Shown: one piece after another, positions 32,906 to 32,923 of the stretch | Numbering within the stretch: position 1 is the stretch's first letter | Layout of the letters: every line of letters begins with the position of its first letter | Source: Macrostomum lignano | Taxonomy: Eukaryota | Assembly: GCA_002269645.1 (NCBI GenBank) | Contig: NIVC01004864.1 | Coordinates: 1-32,923 of the forward strand | DNA length: 32,923 nt | Reading direction: 5' to 3' | Notes under the pieces: generated by a model | What the model was told of the DNA's origin: nothing | The model's database searches: none | The model's input: the letters and a program-made list of their open reading frames with translations, nothing else | Translations under genes and position numbers: made by a program

Positions 32906-32923
32906 CCAGTCCATTTGCCTACG

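Overview
Eukaryotic (animal) genomic DNA with GC-rich exons and introns or intergenic regions packed with tandem repeats. The style would fit a free-living flatworm, but that is an unverified guess. From left to right: (1) the last exon of an FN3-containing, probably GPI-anchored adhesion protein, with one frameshift; (2) an uninterrupted 3.5-kb BK/Slo1 potassium channel ORF with no in-frame AUG before helix S0; (3) a complete 8,082-bp CMC/EnSpm(CACTA)-type DNA transposon at 11467-19548 with perfect 21-bp TIRs and a 2-bp AC TSD, inserted into a 53-bp minisatellite. It carries three co-oriented spliced genes: a DDE transposase with one frameshift, an OB-fold protein resembling HROB/DUF4539, and a coiled-coil plus BEN-domain protein; (4) a 3-exon GTF2H1 (TFIIH p62); (5) an AT-rich, CpG-poor block containing a 148-bp foldback element; (6) a 900-bp PIF/Harbinger deletion derivative; (7) the last three exons of a PRORP/MRPP3-like gene with intact catalytic motifs but several frameshifts. 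The best novelty candidate is the three-gene transposon. All family assignments come from motif recognition by eye; no database search was run.
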